A stretch of 64,000 bases of DNA, taken from positions 8,432,001-8,496,000 of the forward strand of contig JBHGNT010000021.1 of the NCBI GenBank assembly GCA_043228905.1, in the 5' to 3' direction. Position 1 is the first letter of the stretch; every line of letters starts with the position of its first letter. This document shows positions 26,900 through 40,620 of this stretch, piece by piece. The translations under genes and the position numbers were made by a program. This DNA is from Azolla caroliniana. Taxonomy: Eukaryota; Plantae; Polypodiophyta. The notes under the pieces were generated by a model. The model did not search any database. It was not told where the DNA came from and saw only the letters and a list, made by a program, of their open reading frames with translations.

Positions 26900-27380
26900 T
26901 TTTACCAATCCATATAGGTACCTATGTACAAAAATTAGACTTTTATGTCGTGAGTCTCAAAGCCACTAACGTAATACTTGGGTTATCCATGGTTCTTTAA
27001 TAGGACTTCTTCTTTATCCATTGATTGGTTGAACCATTTGATATCATTTTTATTAAATGACTCAACACTTTACTCAATGTGTCAACCGTCTCCACTCTTT
27101 CGATTGCATCTTTTTTCGATTCTTCTTGTTCTACAATGTATTGTTGTGTCTTTGCCCCCAATCTCCAAATATATTATATATAATGCTGAGGATCTATTAA
27201 CATATTATGAACAAGTGCTCGATTCACTCTTAAAAGAGTTCCATGATTTCTTCTTTAAGGAACTACCAAAAAGGATTACTTCCTAGAATTAATATTTACT
27301 ATGAGACTGATCTCATAGTGCGTACTACACTAGTTAATAATCCTCTGTATTGAGTTAGTTGGATTGAAGACAATAAGATC
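26900..27380 (+). pseudogene. Degenerate gypsy protease/RT-linker remnant
   Basis: VILGYPWF..IDW..DSLLKEFHDFF.KELPK motif. Confidence 0.55.
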
Positions 27381-27678
27381 CCCTTAAAACTTGAGTGCTT
27401 AAGGGTGTGTCACATACGTTGTCGTGATGTGGGGATCTCATGAGAGGAAGTCTATCAAACCTATGATATATGTAAAGTCGAAGAACCTAGAACTCTATGT
27501 CAAAGATGAAATGAGGGGCCAACATCGTTAGAAAAGAGTCCAGGAAAAGTCTTAGGTGAAGTGTGAAGGTCCTTGGCTAATGAAGCTTTTGAAAGTAAAA
27601 ATTGGAAGAAATATTAATCTCTTGAATGTCTTCTTAGAAGATTAAAAACACACACTATGCTTCTTAAATATAGTAACT

Positions 27679-27868
27679 AAAATAGGTAATGCGTATTGTC
27701 TTTCTTCAACGAGGATAAAATAGGTAATGCATCTTGTCTTTCTGCAACGAGGATAAAATAGATAGTGTGTCTTGTCTTTCTTCAATGAGGATAAAATAGG
27801 TAATGTGTCTTGTCTTTCTTCAACGAGGATAAAATAGATAATGTGACTTGTCTTTCTTCAACGAGGAT
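27679..27868. repeat. 38-bp tandem repeat x5
   Basis: Consensus AAAATAGGTAATGTGTCTTGTCTTTCTTCAACGAGGAT. Confidence 0.9.
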
Positions 27869-29699
27869 GTAACGACAATCTCGTTAAAAGTATTAATGTG
27901 CTTCCTCACCCTTTATTAACTTGTGACCTTGACAATCCCTTTGGATGGTTCTCACACAATATGTTACAACAAAACTCAACACAACTGAGTTGGAGTTCCA
28001 AATTTGCCAAAGAATAGAATGCCTCTAGACCCTACGAATACTTTTTATTAAAAAGTGAGTCTAGAAAGTACATTGCAACTAGGGATTACTTTTGAGGTAT
28101 ATTATGCCTAATCTAAGGTCCATACAAAACTTATTGATTAAAAAGCCATAAGTTTTTTAATGAATAGTAACTTGGCAACATAGACCCACGATCCAAGCAT
28201 ATGGAAGGTACGTCAATGTGAACATCATTCATCACCTTCATATCTGATCTTATGAACGATGTAATTAAAGTTCTATCACATCCAAAATTTGTGTTCCTTC
28301 ATAAATCTTTACTTCCAGTCAATTCAAAAGCTTGACCGATATGTTTTGTGAATGCAGATACCATTTTCTTGAATATAAGCCTCGTGTCACTAACATAATG
28401 TGTTATGGTTGCATCAAAACATCTAGATCAATTTTCTTTTTCTAGTATTGACTCTTATTATAGACATAGTAGAAGATGTTAACAGTATTCCTACAAAAAC
28501 TTTTTGTTTGGATGGTATTTCTTCTGCACACAATTGCCATTGAGTCTTTGCAAAATGTTTCGCGGTTTCACCAATTGTGACTCACCTGACCAGTATTGAG
28601 GCAAATGAAGTTGTCTTGAAGTTCCATGAAAGACAAACCTTTTGTAAGTATGTAACTTGTAGGAGTGATGTGATTCGTCATATCTTCCAATGTTGCCATG
28701 ATAAATCATAATACTTCGTGAACCCATTCCCATTGTAAAACATGTTGAAATATATATTTGTACTTTGAAACTCATGTCAAAATTGATCAAATTTTCATTG
28801 TACTACAAGAGCCTTTGATCCAATTTCCAAAGTTTCATGATGTGGTTAGAAACACTTCCATCTTTATCAATTTGGCACATGTTAGCAATAGTATCCATAA
28901 ACGGAGATATAAAAAATGGATACCTAAAGACTTTTTGTCAAGGTTGGGGTGATGGCACAGATCGTGATCGCTATGAGTACTATACCACTATGCGTTCACA
29001 TCTATTCGACATGTGTAGTTGTATACACGAGCATACTCATTGAAAGGTAAAGACCTTTATGAGGGGTATAAAACATCTCACAAACTACAACAATACTTTT
29101 TATATCATCCCTAAAACAATGACCATTGACAACATTATTTTTTTATATCACACACCTAGAGCAAGTGGTGTTTCGTTTGTTACTTCTCTATTATTCCATG
29201 AAAAGAATAACAAACTTCTGCTATTGACATGGGATACTTTGGAATAGTACAGGTAAAAATTTCAAGAAAAAAAATTAGTGCAGGTAAAAATCGGGGAATT
29301 CGTACACAAACATAGGGTAAATGTACGTATAGAAGACATGCAATAATAACACATGTTTAAAACATTTTTGTGTGGCAGTGAACCAAAAGGCTTGCAAATA
29401 ATTTACATATAAGAATAATATGGAGTTTGATGCAAAAAGAGAACTCTGTCATTGTCCCAAAAACACCGGCCTATAAACCTTGACATCGGTTCAAGCTACT
29501 GGTGTACCACTTTCACATGATATTGATGTCCTTTTGGCGAGTTTTCTTCTTCATTCGTGAACATCATCATCGGAAGGCACACTATGTCCAAGTCTCTTCA
29601 AGACATAAAACAGATAGATAGGATAGAAAGATAGATCATAGATAGATAGATAGATTAGATAGATAGATAGACATAGCACACATACATAAAAAGACACAC

Positions 29700-30545
29700 T
29701 ACACTACATACAAATTCTCTCCTTTTATTTACAAAAATGGCCCCTCACTGCACTACATACAAATCTCTCTCATTTTATTTACAAAAATGGCCCCTCACTG
29801 CACTACATACAAATCTCTCTCATTTTATTTACAAAAATGGCTCCTCACTACATTATACATACAAATTCTCTCCTTTTTATTTACAAAAAGGGCTCCTCAC
29901 TACATTATACATACAAATTCTCTCCTTTTTATTTACAAAAATGGCTCCTCACTACATTATAGATACAAATTCTCTCCTTTTTATTTACAAAAATGGCCCC
30001 TCACTATATTATACATACAAATTCTCTCCTTTTTATTTACAAAAATGGCTCCTCACTACATTATACATACAAAATTCTCTCATTTTTATTTACAAAAATG
30101 GCCCCTCACTACACTACATACAAATTCTCTCCTTTTTATTTACAAAAATGGCTCCTCACTACATTATACATACATACAAATTCTCTCCTTTTTATTTACA
30201 AAAATGGCTCCTCACTACATTATAGATACAAATTCTCTCCTTTTTATTTACAAAAAAGGCACCTCACTACATTATACATACATACAAATTCTCTCCTTTT
30301 TATTTACAAAAATGGCTCCTCACTACATTATACATACATACAAATTCTCTCCTTTTTATTTACAAAAATGGCTCCTCACTACATTATACATACAAATTCT
30401 CTCCTTTTTATTTACAAAAAAGGCACCTCACTACATTATACACATACATACAAATTCTCTCCTTTTTATTTACAAAAATGGCTCCTCACTACATTATACA
30501 TACAAAATTCTCTCATTTTTATTTACAAAAATGGCCCCTCACTAC
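29700..30545. repeat. Minisatellite, ~50-58-bp unit x16, upstream of the cis-prenyltransferase
   Basis: Unit TACAAATTCTCTCCTTTTTATTTACAAAAATGGCTCCTCACTACATTATACA counted 16 times; preceded by (GATA)n at 29611-29671. Confidence 0.95.
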
Positions 30546-30703
30546 ATACATGATACACATACACACACAGAAGAGACACAGAACAGAGTGTCTGTTCTGT
30601 TCTGTTCTGTGGTGTTTCCCACTGTGCAGGCTGCAGCCATGGTATGTGATTCTGTCACAGATGGTCCTAAAATAGTCTACAGATAGCCCCATTCCATGAT
30701 AAG

Positions 30704-31393
30704 ATGGATTCTTTTAGTTTCTCCCGCCTGCCTGGACCCGCCCATGTCGGTGATTTTGCAGAGAAAGCCACCATACGACCTTGTCTCCTATATCCGAGCA
30801 TAGAACCTAGGAGCAAGGACTTGTCTTGGGCTTCATCAGGTATTAAAAAGGTTTGTGTTCCTTCCTTTGGTGGTGGTATTTGCCCTAAAAGACAGGGATT
30901 TCAGCTGCTAGAAGAACCCCTCTGCCATGTGAGCCATATCCTTCAAGCTCACCATGATGACAATGATGTTGTTGTTGATATTGATCATGGAAATGACGTT
31001 AGTAATGAGACACATCTTCTCGAGGCACACATGAATTCATTTGATGTTCTCCATAAGGATCATGACAAAATTGATGTAGTTAATCACGATGGTAATGATG
31101 TTAGTGTTAAGACTCATGGCCATGGGTCTCACGTGAATTCCTTTAACAATGAGAATGAGAACGAGAACGAGGAAAAGCTCCCACACGGACTCCATACAGG
31201 TTTCTTGCCGAGACATGTCGCAATTATAATGGACGGTAATTCGAGGTGGGCTATGCAGAGGGGTTTGCAAAGGAGTGCAGGGCATGAAGCTGGTGTTGAG
31301 ACATTAAAGCTAATCGTCGAACTTTCAGCTAAATGGGGTATCCAAGCTCTCACTGTTTTTGGATTCTCCACCGAGAATTGGAACCGCCCAAAG

Positions 31394-31439
<46 letters not shown>

Positions 31440-32211
31440 CTCATTCCAATGAAATACATATGTTTCGGTACTTGTTTGATGAACGATTTGACATGTTTGA
31501 TTTCCATTGTACCATCTTCATCAAATGAGTGATTGTAGCTTACCAATTGACTTCACATTGGACAGGTGATGAATGATTGTAAATGTTTGATTTCCAATGT
31601 TCATTCTTCACTGTGTGAGTGGTTGTGCTTATCAAAAAATATAAACGATTTCACTATTTTTTTAAAATGGGGATGGATGATTGGCCTTGTTTGATGTCCA
31701 ATGCTCATTCTCTGATGTAGCTTATGGTCAATTTTCACGTGGTTTTCACTATTTGTTTTAGAACTGGATGGATTATTGGACATTTTTGGTTTACAATATA
31801 CATTCTCTATTTCTTATCAATCAAATGTACATAGTCCATTGTTTTTTTGAAAGGGAATGTATGACAGGTTTCTGCTTTTCATTCTATGTTCTCCACTACA
31901 TGAGTGGTTGCACATGGTTTGACACTTTGTTTCATTAGAGGATCGACAATTAAATGCTTGATGGCCATATGAATGGCTGAATATTTATGGTTTATAGCTT
32001 CTGTATCAATGCATATGTTTGACTATTTACTTTAATAGTAACGATTGGATATTTGATTTCCAATTTATGGTCTTCATCACGTTGGTTGAGTGTGATTATA
32101 GTTTATGGCATGTTTGGTGGATGACTAGATGTTTGGCTTCCAGTATACTGACTAGTTGATGCATTATCGTTGTAGCTCATGGTAAAAGGAAATTTCCAAC
32201 ACCCTTTTTTA

Positions 32212-32245
<34 letters not shown>

Positions 32246-33905
32246 TTAATGAACTCTTTATATTCATTTTTTTATCAGCAAATGAGGTGTGGATCTGATA
32301 AATGTTAAAGCTTTACTGTGTGAATGTTGGTAGGTGGAAGTCTCTTTCCTAATGCAGCTCTTTCTAAAGGCTCTCAGAGAAGAACTTCCCATCTTAATGA
32401 GGTAAATTTCGGAGAAACTTGATTTTTGTTTATGCGATTACACTCAAAATCGACTTCAAAACAAAGCAAACATTGCCCAACTAATATAAAAGCCCTTGAA
32501 TAATGTATATATCACCGGGCAGCCGTAAACTGTATAGAAATGAGTTGTAGGACTCTTTGGTTACATGATGAAGAACTTGTGCATTGTATGATTATTGTAA
32601 AGAAAATCAAGATGCACGGAAGCATTTAAAGCTATTCATGATATGAGAATTCAAAATACCCCACACATAATGGATGTGAGGAAATGCTGGGAGATTTGAG
32701 TCACTTTTAGGAGGTGGAATGAAAAATTCATGGAAAACATCCATAACCTCACTGGTGAGAGTCTGATAAGTAATGATTTTATGAATATTGGTGAGCTATA
32801 TAGAATCATCTCTTGATGGTTTTCTGGGTTGTCAATGATTGGCTTGTTTAGAAAGAAATAAGTTATAAGGAGATTACTATTGGCAAGCATTATATCACTC
32901 AGTTTATTAAGGTGTGAACCATTCATTAGCTTTTGTAAGGTCATAAGTGTTAACTATGACGGTGAAAGAAATGTAGAATCTAGTGACCATGTTGCATCAT
33001 ATCAAAATCACAAAGGAAAATGCTAGATATAATTATAGTGTTAGCTACTCTTTACCCTGTGATTCAGAAAATGCAACCCGAAATATACACTTCATTGAAT
33101 ATGGTCCAGAGGTTTCTTATTGCAAGAGAGGATGCCAATAGTTCTTTCTTTTCTAGATGGTCCAGACGATTCATGTTCAACCTATACTTTGGATCATCAA
33201 CAAATCAACAATGAGATCTAGTAGTGGCTGCTAAAAAGTTTTCAACTCTTCTAATCTTTTTAGAACATTACGAAACCTTAATCCCTTTGATTTAAATCAT
33301 TTTAGAGGTTCTCTTTTCAAATTTATATGTTTATGTTTAATAAAGAGCGTCTTTTATTGTACTGTTATTCTATACATTCTAAGGTCCTTATACATTTCCA
33401 AGAATAAAAATAAGTGAACTTACTGTTCTGTGGTGGCAGGGAAGATATATTAATTCGTTTTATTGGAAATCTAAAGCAACTCCCTTGGCCATTGCAATCA
33501 TTTATTCATGAAGTTGAACATAAGACCAGCGAAAATAGTGGCTTAAAGCTTACTATTGCTTTTAACTACAGTGGTCGCTATGACATCCTTCAAGCTTGTC
33601 AAAAAGTAGCAAAGAAGGTAGAGCAAGGGAAACTAAGACCAGAGGATATAGTAGAGTCCGATATTCAGCAAGAGCTTGGTACAAGCTGGATGAAGGAAAT
33701 AGAAAACCCTGACTTATTGATAAGAACAAGTGGTGAGCTAAGGCTTAGCAATTTCTTGTTATGGCAGCTCGCTTACTCTGAATTATACTTCATGACTGAA
33801 TGTTGGCCGGAGGTGAATGAAACATCTTATGCAGATGCACTGCTATCTTATCAAAAGAGAAACCGACGGTTTGGAGCACGTCCGCTGATAAATCCAGATC
33901 AGTGA
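30704..33905 (+). CDS. cis-prenyltransferase (UPPS/DHDDS family, homomeric plant type), 407 aa; exons 30704-31393, 32334-32401, 33440-33905
   Basis: [35 protein letters not shown]|[10 protein letters not shown]..|[64 protein letters not shown]; GT-AG introns in frame (1224 nt); long N-terminal extension that could be a transit peptide. Confidence 0.93.
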
Positions 33906-35929
33906 TGCATATCACACAGCATACATAATATATGATGTTTCTTGGGTGATGGATATCATAAAAGGGTGGAGCAGAGATCAGATATAAGTAGCGAAGGTGG
34001 GTCTATGGTATAACTACCTCTTGGATTTCTATTGTATTGAGTAAAGTACACTTTGTGGGCACTGATTCTCCATGCCTGTGTTGAAATCAGTTATAATGTT
34101 GAGTTAACCAATCATCTTCTGGAGTTTCACATGCAATGGAAAAAAGGTTATCTGATGTGGGATGTGTGCTTGCAACCATATAGCATCCTAGTTGTGGTTG
34201 CAACTTGCAATTCTAGACCTGGGTAATGGTCTCTTTGTAGGTTCATGTGACAACCTCCATTGCAGCGCTTGGGTTTCACATTGTAAACAATTGAATGGAT
34301 GTCATATACTTGTTTACATGGTTGATGACTTGTATGTATATATCAAAAAAGATAACAAACAGAAAGAGAAAAAAGATCTGGCACAGTATTTTGTGGCCAG
34401 ATTCTAGCATTGTTATTATTATTTAATTTTTGGAAAAGAAAGCTTCTTTTAAGCTTGATAAAATCTTCAAAACTCATTCAGTGATTATTGGAACAGAGGA
34501 ATCCTTACTGTTTAAGTTAATGTTACGAGCTCCATGTATTGGATTTGGCTTTTTACCCTTTGGAGGTGTGTCTATCTAGACCACACTGAAAAGAATTTGT
34601 GTAGTACTTTCAAATTTCTTCTATTTTTAGATATTTTTCATGTGAATACCTGCTGGGAATGTAAAAAAAGGCTCCACATTAAGAAAAATTAAGATTGCAG
34701 CACACGATAACTTATAAGCATGTTGGAAAGAAGGAAAAACACCTCGCTTGTCATTGTCATGCTTAATATGGTTGCTTGACGTAGTATTTCCCCTAAAATT
34801 CCGAGGGAAAATGCTTGTAAGTTTTTGTCATTCTTACACTAGTCTCTTGTAGTTTCATAACTAGATGAGAACATATGTTGGTGATGGTTAGATACATAAT
34901 CCTAATGTCTCTCTTGCAAGATTGCAAGGAAATGGTAATGGAGCACAGGGCCTTTGTATACATCCCAATGCCTTCTACATTGATAGAACTTGTCAACATT
35001 TGTATATCAAGAGATTGATACATGCAGTGGAATCTTCTTGAGTTTTTGGTCATGAAATATGAGCATTCAAGATCATAATTGTCATATGTAGGATGTATGT
35101 TCAGTGTTTCATCACTGGGGACATTTTAAATGGCCATGTTGAATTGTCCTTTTACAGCGTATGCTCTAAAGTTCAACTATAAGTTAATAATCTAATAAGG
35201 AGTCAAGCCATTTATTGCTACTCAAATCATAAACGTAGAAAAATGAGCAGTAATAGGACTTGATTGCTCCACCTGATAGCAGAGTCCAAGGGAGGTTTGA
35301 TGAAGAGGATCACTGTCATGAATGCTTCAGGAAAAGACGAACGGAAGACGAGGAAAGAGACGCTGCCCATTCAAGCTTAGGGGTGAGTGTGCAGAAGAAG
35401 AGAAGAACAATGAACTAAGAAAATACTTTATGCTGAAATTGATTCTTGCGAAATTGTTTGCAACTGTGTTGAAGCGGAATCACATTCTTTATCTTTTTTT
35501 TCGGCCTCTCACAATCAACAGACACGAAAGTCTTCACTGATTTGGAGATGAATTAACGTTTTTTCTTTGCAGATTTCCATGAGTCAACTTCAACATCTGC
35601 TTATGCATTAGGATTCTCTGATCAATTCAAATGTTTCTTTTCTCTCTTTGCACTTCAAATTCTTTCTTCTTTTTCGACATCTTTGCAAGGTTCATCTTTT
35701 GGATGAAAGGGTCTCTTAGCTGCCTATGGTTTTTGACATCATTGAGCTTGTAACTGCTTTTGCTGAGATTGTATGAGCCAATGATGGCAAAGTGTGAATT
35801 TGTTTTGGGTTGTATGAGCCATTGTTGGCCATAGTTTTTGGCATTCTAGTGAATTTGATCTTTGAGCTTGCATTGCCACTTGTTTTCTGATCATTGTATC
35901 ATTTTGTTTTGCAGTGTGGTGTCGTTTTC

Positions 35930-36450
35930 AGAGAAAGATATATATGCACTGCACTGCTTCAATGGCTCAAACTTCACCATGTAGATGCAGAAAATCCAAG
36001 ATATGTTCAGACAACACCAACTGGCGTTATTGGATGGTATGCGAAACCTACAATCATGCCATGCCAGATGCTGAATTGGAGGAGCTTGATGCACTTCCAA
36101 GTTCCACCAGTTATATACTTAGAGTGGTCAATGTAATGGACAAGGTCACTTCAAAGGTGTTATGGGATGAGGTATGTGCAGCTTCAGAGAAGCCAACCAT
36201 TTACAACTAGGTCATCTTGATGCTAAAGCTCTTCAACCTTAAGTACAGAGACAGAGGTGGCATGTCTGGGAATGCCTCTTCTCTAATTTTTCAACCAATG
36301 GAGCCCCTAAAATGCAAGCTTGACATGGCTATGAAGGCCATTCTTCTTTGGTGCTGCTCCTTATTGCCACAAATTTGGGATGCTTTTTCGCGTCTATCAG
36401 CAATTCGACCCCACTGGTATGTTGACCTTCTTCATAGTATTTGTAGCTTA
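35930..36450 (+). pseudogene. Degenerate copia gag (UBN2-like) remnant
   Basis: Across frames: FNGSNFTM*MQKIQD..MPDAELEELDAL..KVLWD..LMLKLFNLK..KAILL..SLLPQIWD. Confidence 0.65.
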
Positions 36451-36979
36451 ATTTCGTGAAAGATGCAAATGTGGTGAGAGGTAGAGGAGACTGAGCATGA
36501 AAATCGAGGGGACACAAGTCTAGGAGGTCAAAAGGAGGCTCCGGAATATTTCGATACACTCTAAGAAAAATGGGACACTCGAAGAGGCATTTCTTCAGAT
36601 TCTAATAGAATTGTGAGAAGAGGTAAACAACAAATGAGGGCATAGAATAATGCAAATCCTACAAGCAAAGAGAATTGGTACATGTCATGGGGGGCTGTGA
36701 AATATGGTGGTGACTTTGTATCACTAAGCATCTGGCCAAGTGCGGTTACGTGTCAATCTTTATGGTCTTGTGGGTACACTCTCGACATCACCACGGACGA
36801 GGCCTGAACTAAGTCACATTTTTGAGCCATGTGCTCATCTTACTCACTTGCTCTAGCTAATTAACACACATAGAGGATTCTCCCACATGCACACAACATA
36901 ACCTTGCTTGCTTCATTAGTAGGCGAAAACCAATCCCACCAAAACATGCCCCACCACTATTAGGGTCACAATAGGTTAC

Positions 36980-38200
36980 AACGAGAGTTTTCCCTTGCCC
37001 ATCCTTTAGAGGGTCTCTGAGATGTGTCCTCTTGTGATGATGAAAAGACCCTTGCCACTTGTAAGTTTGTTTGCATGCCTTTTGTGGTCGCCAAACATGT
37101 TGTAGTCAACATGAACATTGCTTATTTAGCAAACTTACACAAGATACCCAAGATACCGATAAGAATCTTTGTTATGCTCAATTTTTATAACAACGATTAA
37201 TGTCTAGGTTGCACATTCTTAGATTTCCAAAAGGTATTCCTATGAACATGTTAGTAATTTACATACGTTCCAATCTTATCTTTCTTCATGTGGTCTTGGA
37301 TTGTGCTTGATAACTTCTGATCCTTTAGAATATTAACATATTGGATATATTTAGCCGCATGTTAACACCAGCTACTAGTATCTACGCTTATCAATCTTTC
37401 TTGTGGGACTTTTTGTCGAAAGACATCTGTACTATAGAGAACTCTTTAATTATGACACTTGAGTGGTTAAAGCAACGACACCAAGGGCAATGCATGGATA
37501 AATATCTACATAAACTCTTCTTTACCCTCCAATTAGATACCAATAATTTGTCATGATGATGCATTATCATCGTGATCAACACTTTCTCTGTCTCCCTTCC
37601 ATCAGTCACTTAACATTAGGCTAAATTTGGAGAAAAAAAGCACGAGAAACATTGTCTAATGAACATAGTTCTCCATTGAGGGATGGCTAATGGTTTAAGT
37701 AGATGTTCTCAAAACCTCATCATAGGACCTAGTGTTTGAAAGATCTTCATGAGAGAAATCCAAGGCACCAAGGGTGGCTCAACTTGTGTTGTGAGAGTGA
37801 TGTCATTTTTTCTGTAAAAATAAATCCCAATCCAAGCCACTTTCCTATTGGTTGAGAAAGAAGTGGATAGTTACGGTCGATTTGTTGAGCAAGATGCATT
37901 GCAATTGAGAGTTGAGTGAAGTGAGGGTTCATCAATCTAGAGCTTTGGTGAATCGGGACAACATCTTCTCGCATAACGATGGTGTGTTGGTACTCCTTTG
38001 ATATTTTTGTAGCTCAGTGTGAAATACTCCTGTGAACCCATTTCATGTCCAGAACGTGTACCATGATGTTTGTTGGCTTTTCTATTGTGCCTCGTAGATT
38101 TTTTGCGACTTTGCCATTTTGTGACTTACAAATCTATCATGTGACGTAAAGATCTTTCATCCCGTCATATATATCCTTCTCATTTATGATTTCGACACTC
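36980..38200 (-). mobile_element. Very degenerate gypsy integrase/3' end remnant
   Basis: Minus strand has a purine tract GGATGGGCAAGGGAAAA followed by TGTAACC at about 36980, plus weak integrase/chromodomain-like fragments. Confidence 0.3.
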
Positions 38201-38769
38201 TTTCATGACTTATCTTGTTTGTTACTTTGGTAGGTTCCAATATCATGTTTACTAAATGTATCGTGAGTTATAATTGAGGGCAAGTCTTGTATCTCGTGAT
38301 TTCAAAAGGCTCATGTATTGTGACTTGTCTCTTCTCATTCATGCTTTCCTTATTGTTATTGGGTTGATGTTGTTAAGTATATACTGTACATCCCATATCC
38401 CATGCTAATGTCAAGGAGATACAAAAAAGCCAAAGGAACTAAGTAAAAAATAGAGATACGGCTAAATTTCGACTCCTACCAAATGATGTAAAGGGAGACA
38501 AAGGTAATACATATACATATATACAAACCTTTATACCCTACTAAATGTGCACAATGTAAAATAACTATAAAGTGGGGTAGTATAAAAACTGTTTTGGGGG
38601 TTTCTTCATTCTTCCCCTTTAAAACTCAAGCTTAAACCTCTCTTTGTCACTCATCACTTTCTTACTAAGCTCAAGTCTTTAAACACTTTGTATTAACTAA
38701 AAGACTTGTAATCTTCTTGTATGGACTAATGGAAGCTCAGATGTGTTGGTGATTTTCTACAAACATGGG

Positions 38770-38829
<60 letters not shown>

Positions 38830-39944
38830 CTTGTAACGAAGATTAATCCTGTGATTGTGATATTAGAGTTTGCTTCGCATTTAATTTATATGTTAGTAGC
38901 TTGACTGTGGTTGATGCCCACTCTTTTATGTCTCCCCAACAAGAGTGTAGAGGGTGATATGGCGGCAGATCGAGCTCTGCAGTGGTTTTCAAGAAGAACA
39001 TCCGAGTAAGACGTAGTAGTATTTGGCGAAATACTGAAAGACATTACATTATGTTTGGTGCCACTACAAGGACCAGAATCACTGCTTGAAGCTTACTATG
39101 AACTTTTCGTAAGCTCTCGCAATCAAGAATATGCGAAGGAGGTGAGGAGCAACCACCTACCAATATCAGTTTTTCTCTTTTCTATGTCATTGCTTGTGTA
39201 GGTTCTTTTGTATGTTGTGTGTGCATAATTATTGTGTCGATTACTTTAGTAACTTTTCACGTTTAAAATTCCTAATTTTCAACCCATTGATTAATCTCTT
39301 ATAGTGATTAATTATTTTCATAATTACCCTAGTGGCTATTAAGAAAATTCCTTATTATCCATTAACACTAGTTGATAGTTAGGCATCGTATTTATTTTTT
39401 CTCCTAAGGCAATGAGGTAGTAGGATAGAGAATATAGGTACATTAAGGAGCTTCCATTGACTACTTGAAAATAATCTCAAGGAATTTCTCCATAAAAGCC
39501 TGTAAGGTTTGGCATGGACAAACCACATGGACCACACTCCTATCTTCTTGAGCTCTCATTTAGTGTTGTCAAACACTTTCTATAGTGGAGAGGGTCGATT
39601 CTTTCTCGTGTCGGCTTCAACTGCGTCCATCATGTAGAGAAAAACTTCTTTTTATTAGGGTGAACATTTACTAACTCCTATAGTGGAGGGATTGTCAATG
39701 TTGAGTTTTAATAGTTTCCCTCATGTAGAGAGGCTAATAATGGTCAAAGGAGAAGGTCACTATCTTCTTTCTCTTATGTTGAATTGCATTTTTCATCTTG
39801 AGGAATTCATTCTCATCACGTTGAAAAGCCAACAATTCTTGTCATGGAAAGACTCCATAGGTTATGCCATGGTAGGAACTCATCCCTTCTTGTTGTATAG
39901 AGTTCCATGTGTAGAACTCTTGTAGGAAAGTTACCGTGCTGGTT

Positions 39945-40620
39945 TAGTAGAACAAGATTGCACATGTTTGCCAATAGGTTAATGGAACAACTTTGGGTTT
40001 AGGAGTTTGCAAGATTCATCATTGAATACTCAAAGTGCACCTCCTATAGTCCCTAAACATAAAAAGACAAATGGTGCGCTTGGGAGAGAGCTAAAAAAAC
40101 ATCAATCTAAAAGAAAACCATGGATACAATGGGAAAGAATCCATCAACTAACATGCCCACCTCAACGTGCTGCTCCTAGTAGAATAAGATTGCACTTCAA
40201 TAGACACAATTGCCAATAGGTTCATGGAACACCTGTGTTTAGGAGCTTGCAAGATTCATCACTGAGTACACAAAGTGCACCTCCAATAATCCCTAAACAT
40301 AAACAGACAAATGATGCTCTTGGGAGGTAGCGAAAAAACATCAATCTAAAAGAAAACCATGGATACAATGGGAAAGAATCCGTCAACTAACATGCCCACC
40401 TCATTGTGGCGTTTCCAGTAGAACAAGATTGCACTTCATTAAACACACTTACCAATAGGTTCATGGAACAACTTTTTGTTTAGGAGCTTGCAAGATTCAT
40501 CACCAAGTACACCAAGTGCATCTCCTATAATCCCTAAACATAAAAAGACAAATGAGAAAACATCAATTTAAAAGAAAACCATGGATACAATGAGAAAGAA
40601 AACTAACATGTCCCACCTCA
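39945..40620. repeat. ~235-bp tandem repeat x~3
   Basis: AGTAGAACAAGATTGCAC..TTTAGGAGCTTGCAAGATTCATC..AAAGAAAACCATGGATACAATG recurs from 39945, 40177 and 40416. Confidence 0.85.

Noticed and set aside
29700-30545. CRISPR-like appearance of the 16-copy array and its long ORFs (162-299 aa)
   Set aside because: Units are contiguous with no unique spacers, there are no cas genes, and the context is eukaryotic. The ORFs are by-products of stop-poor repeats.
38950-39145. Exon-like GC-richer segment ending in a GTGAG donor-like site
   Set aside because: There are stops in all plus-strand frames, no recognisable protein and no partner exons; it is probably part of an LTR or leader.
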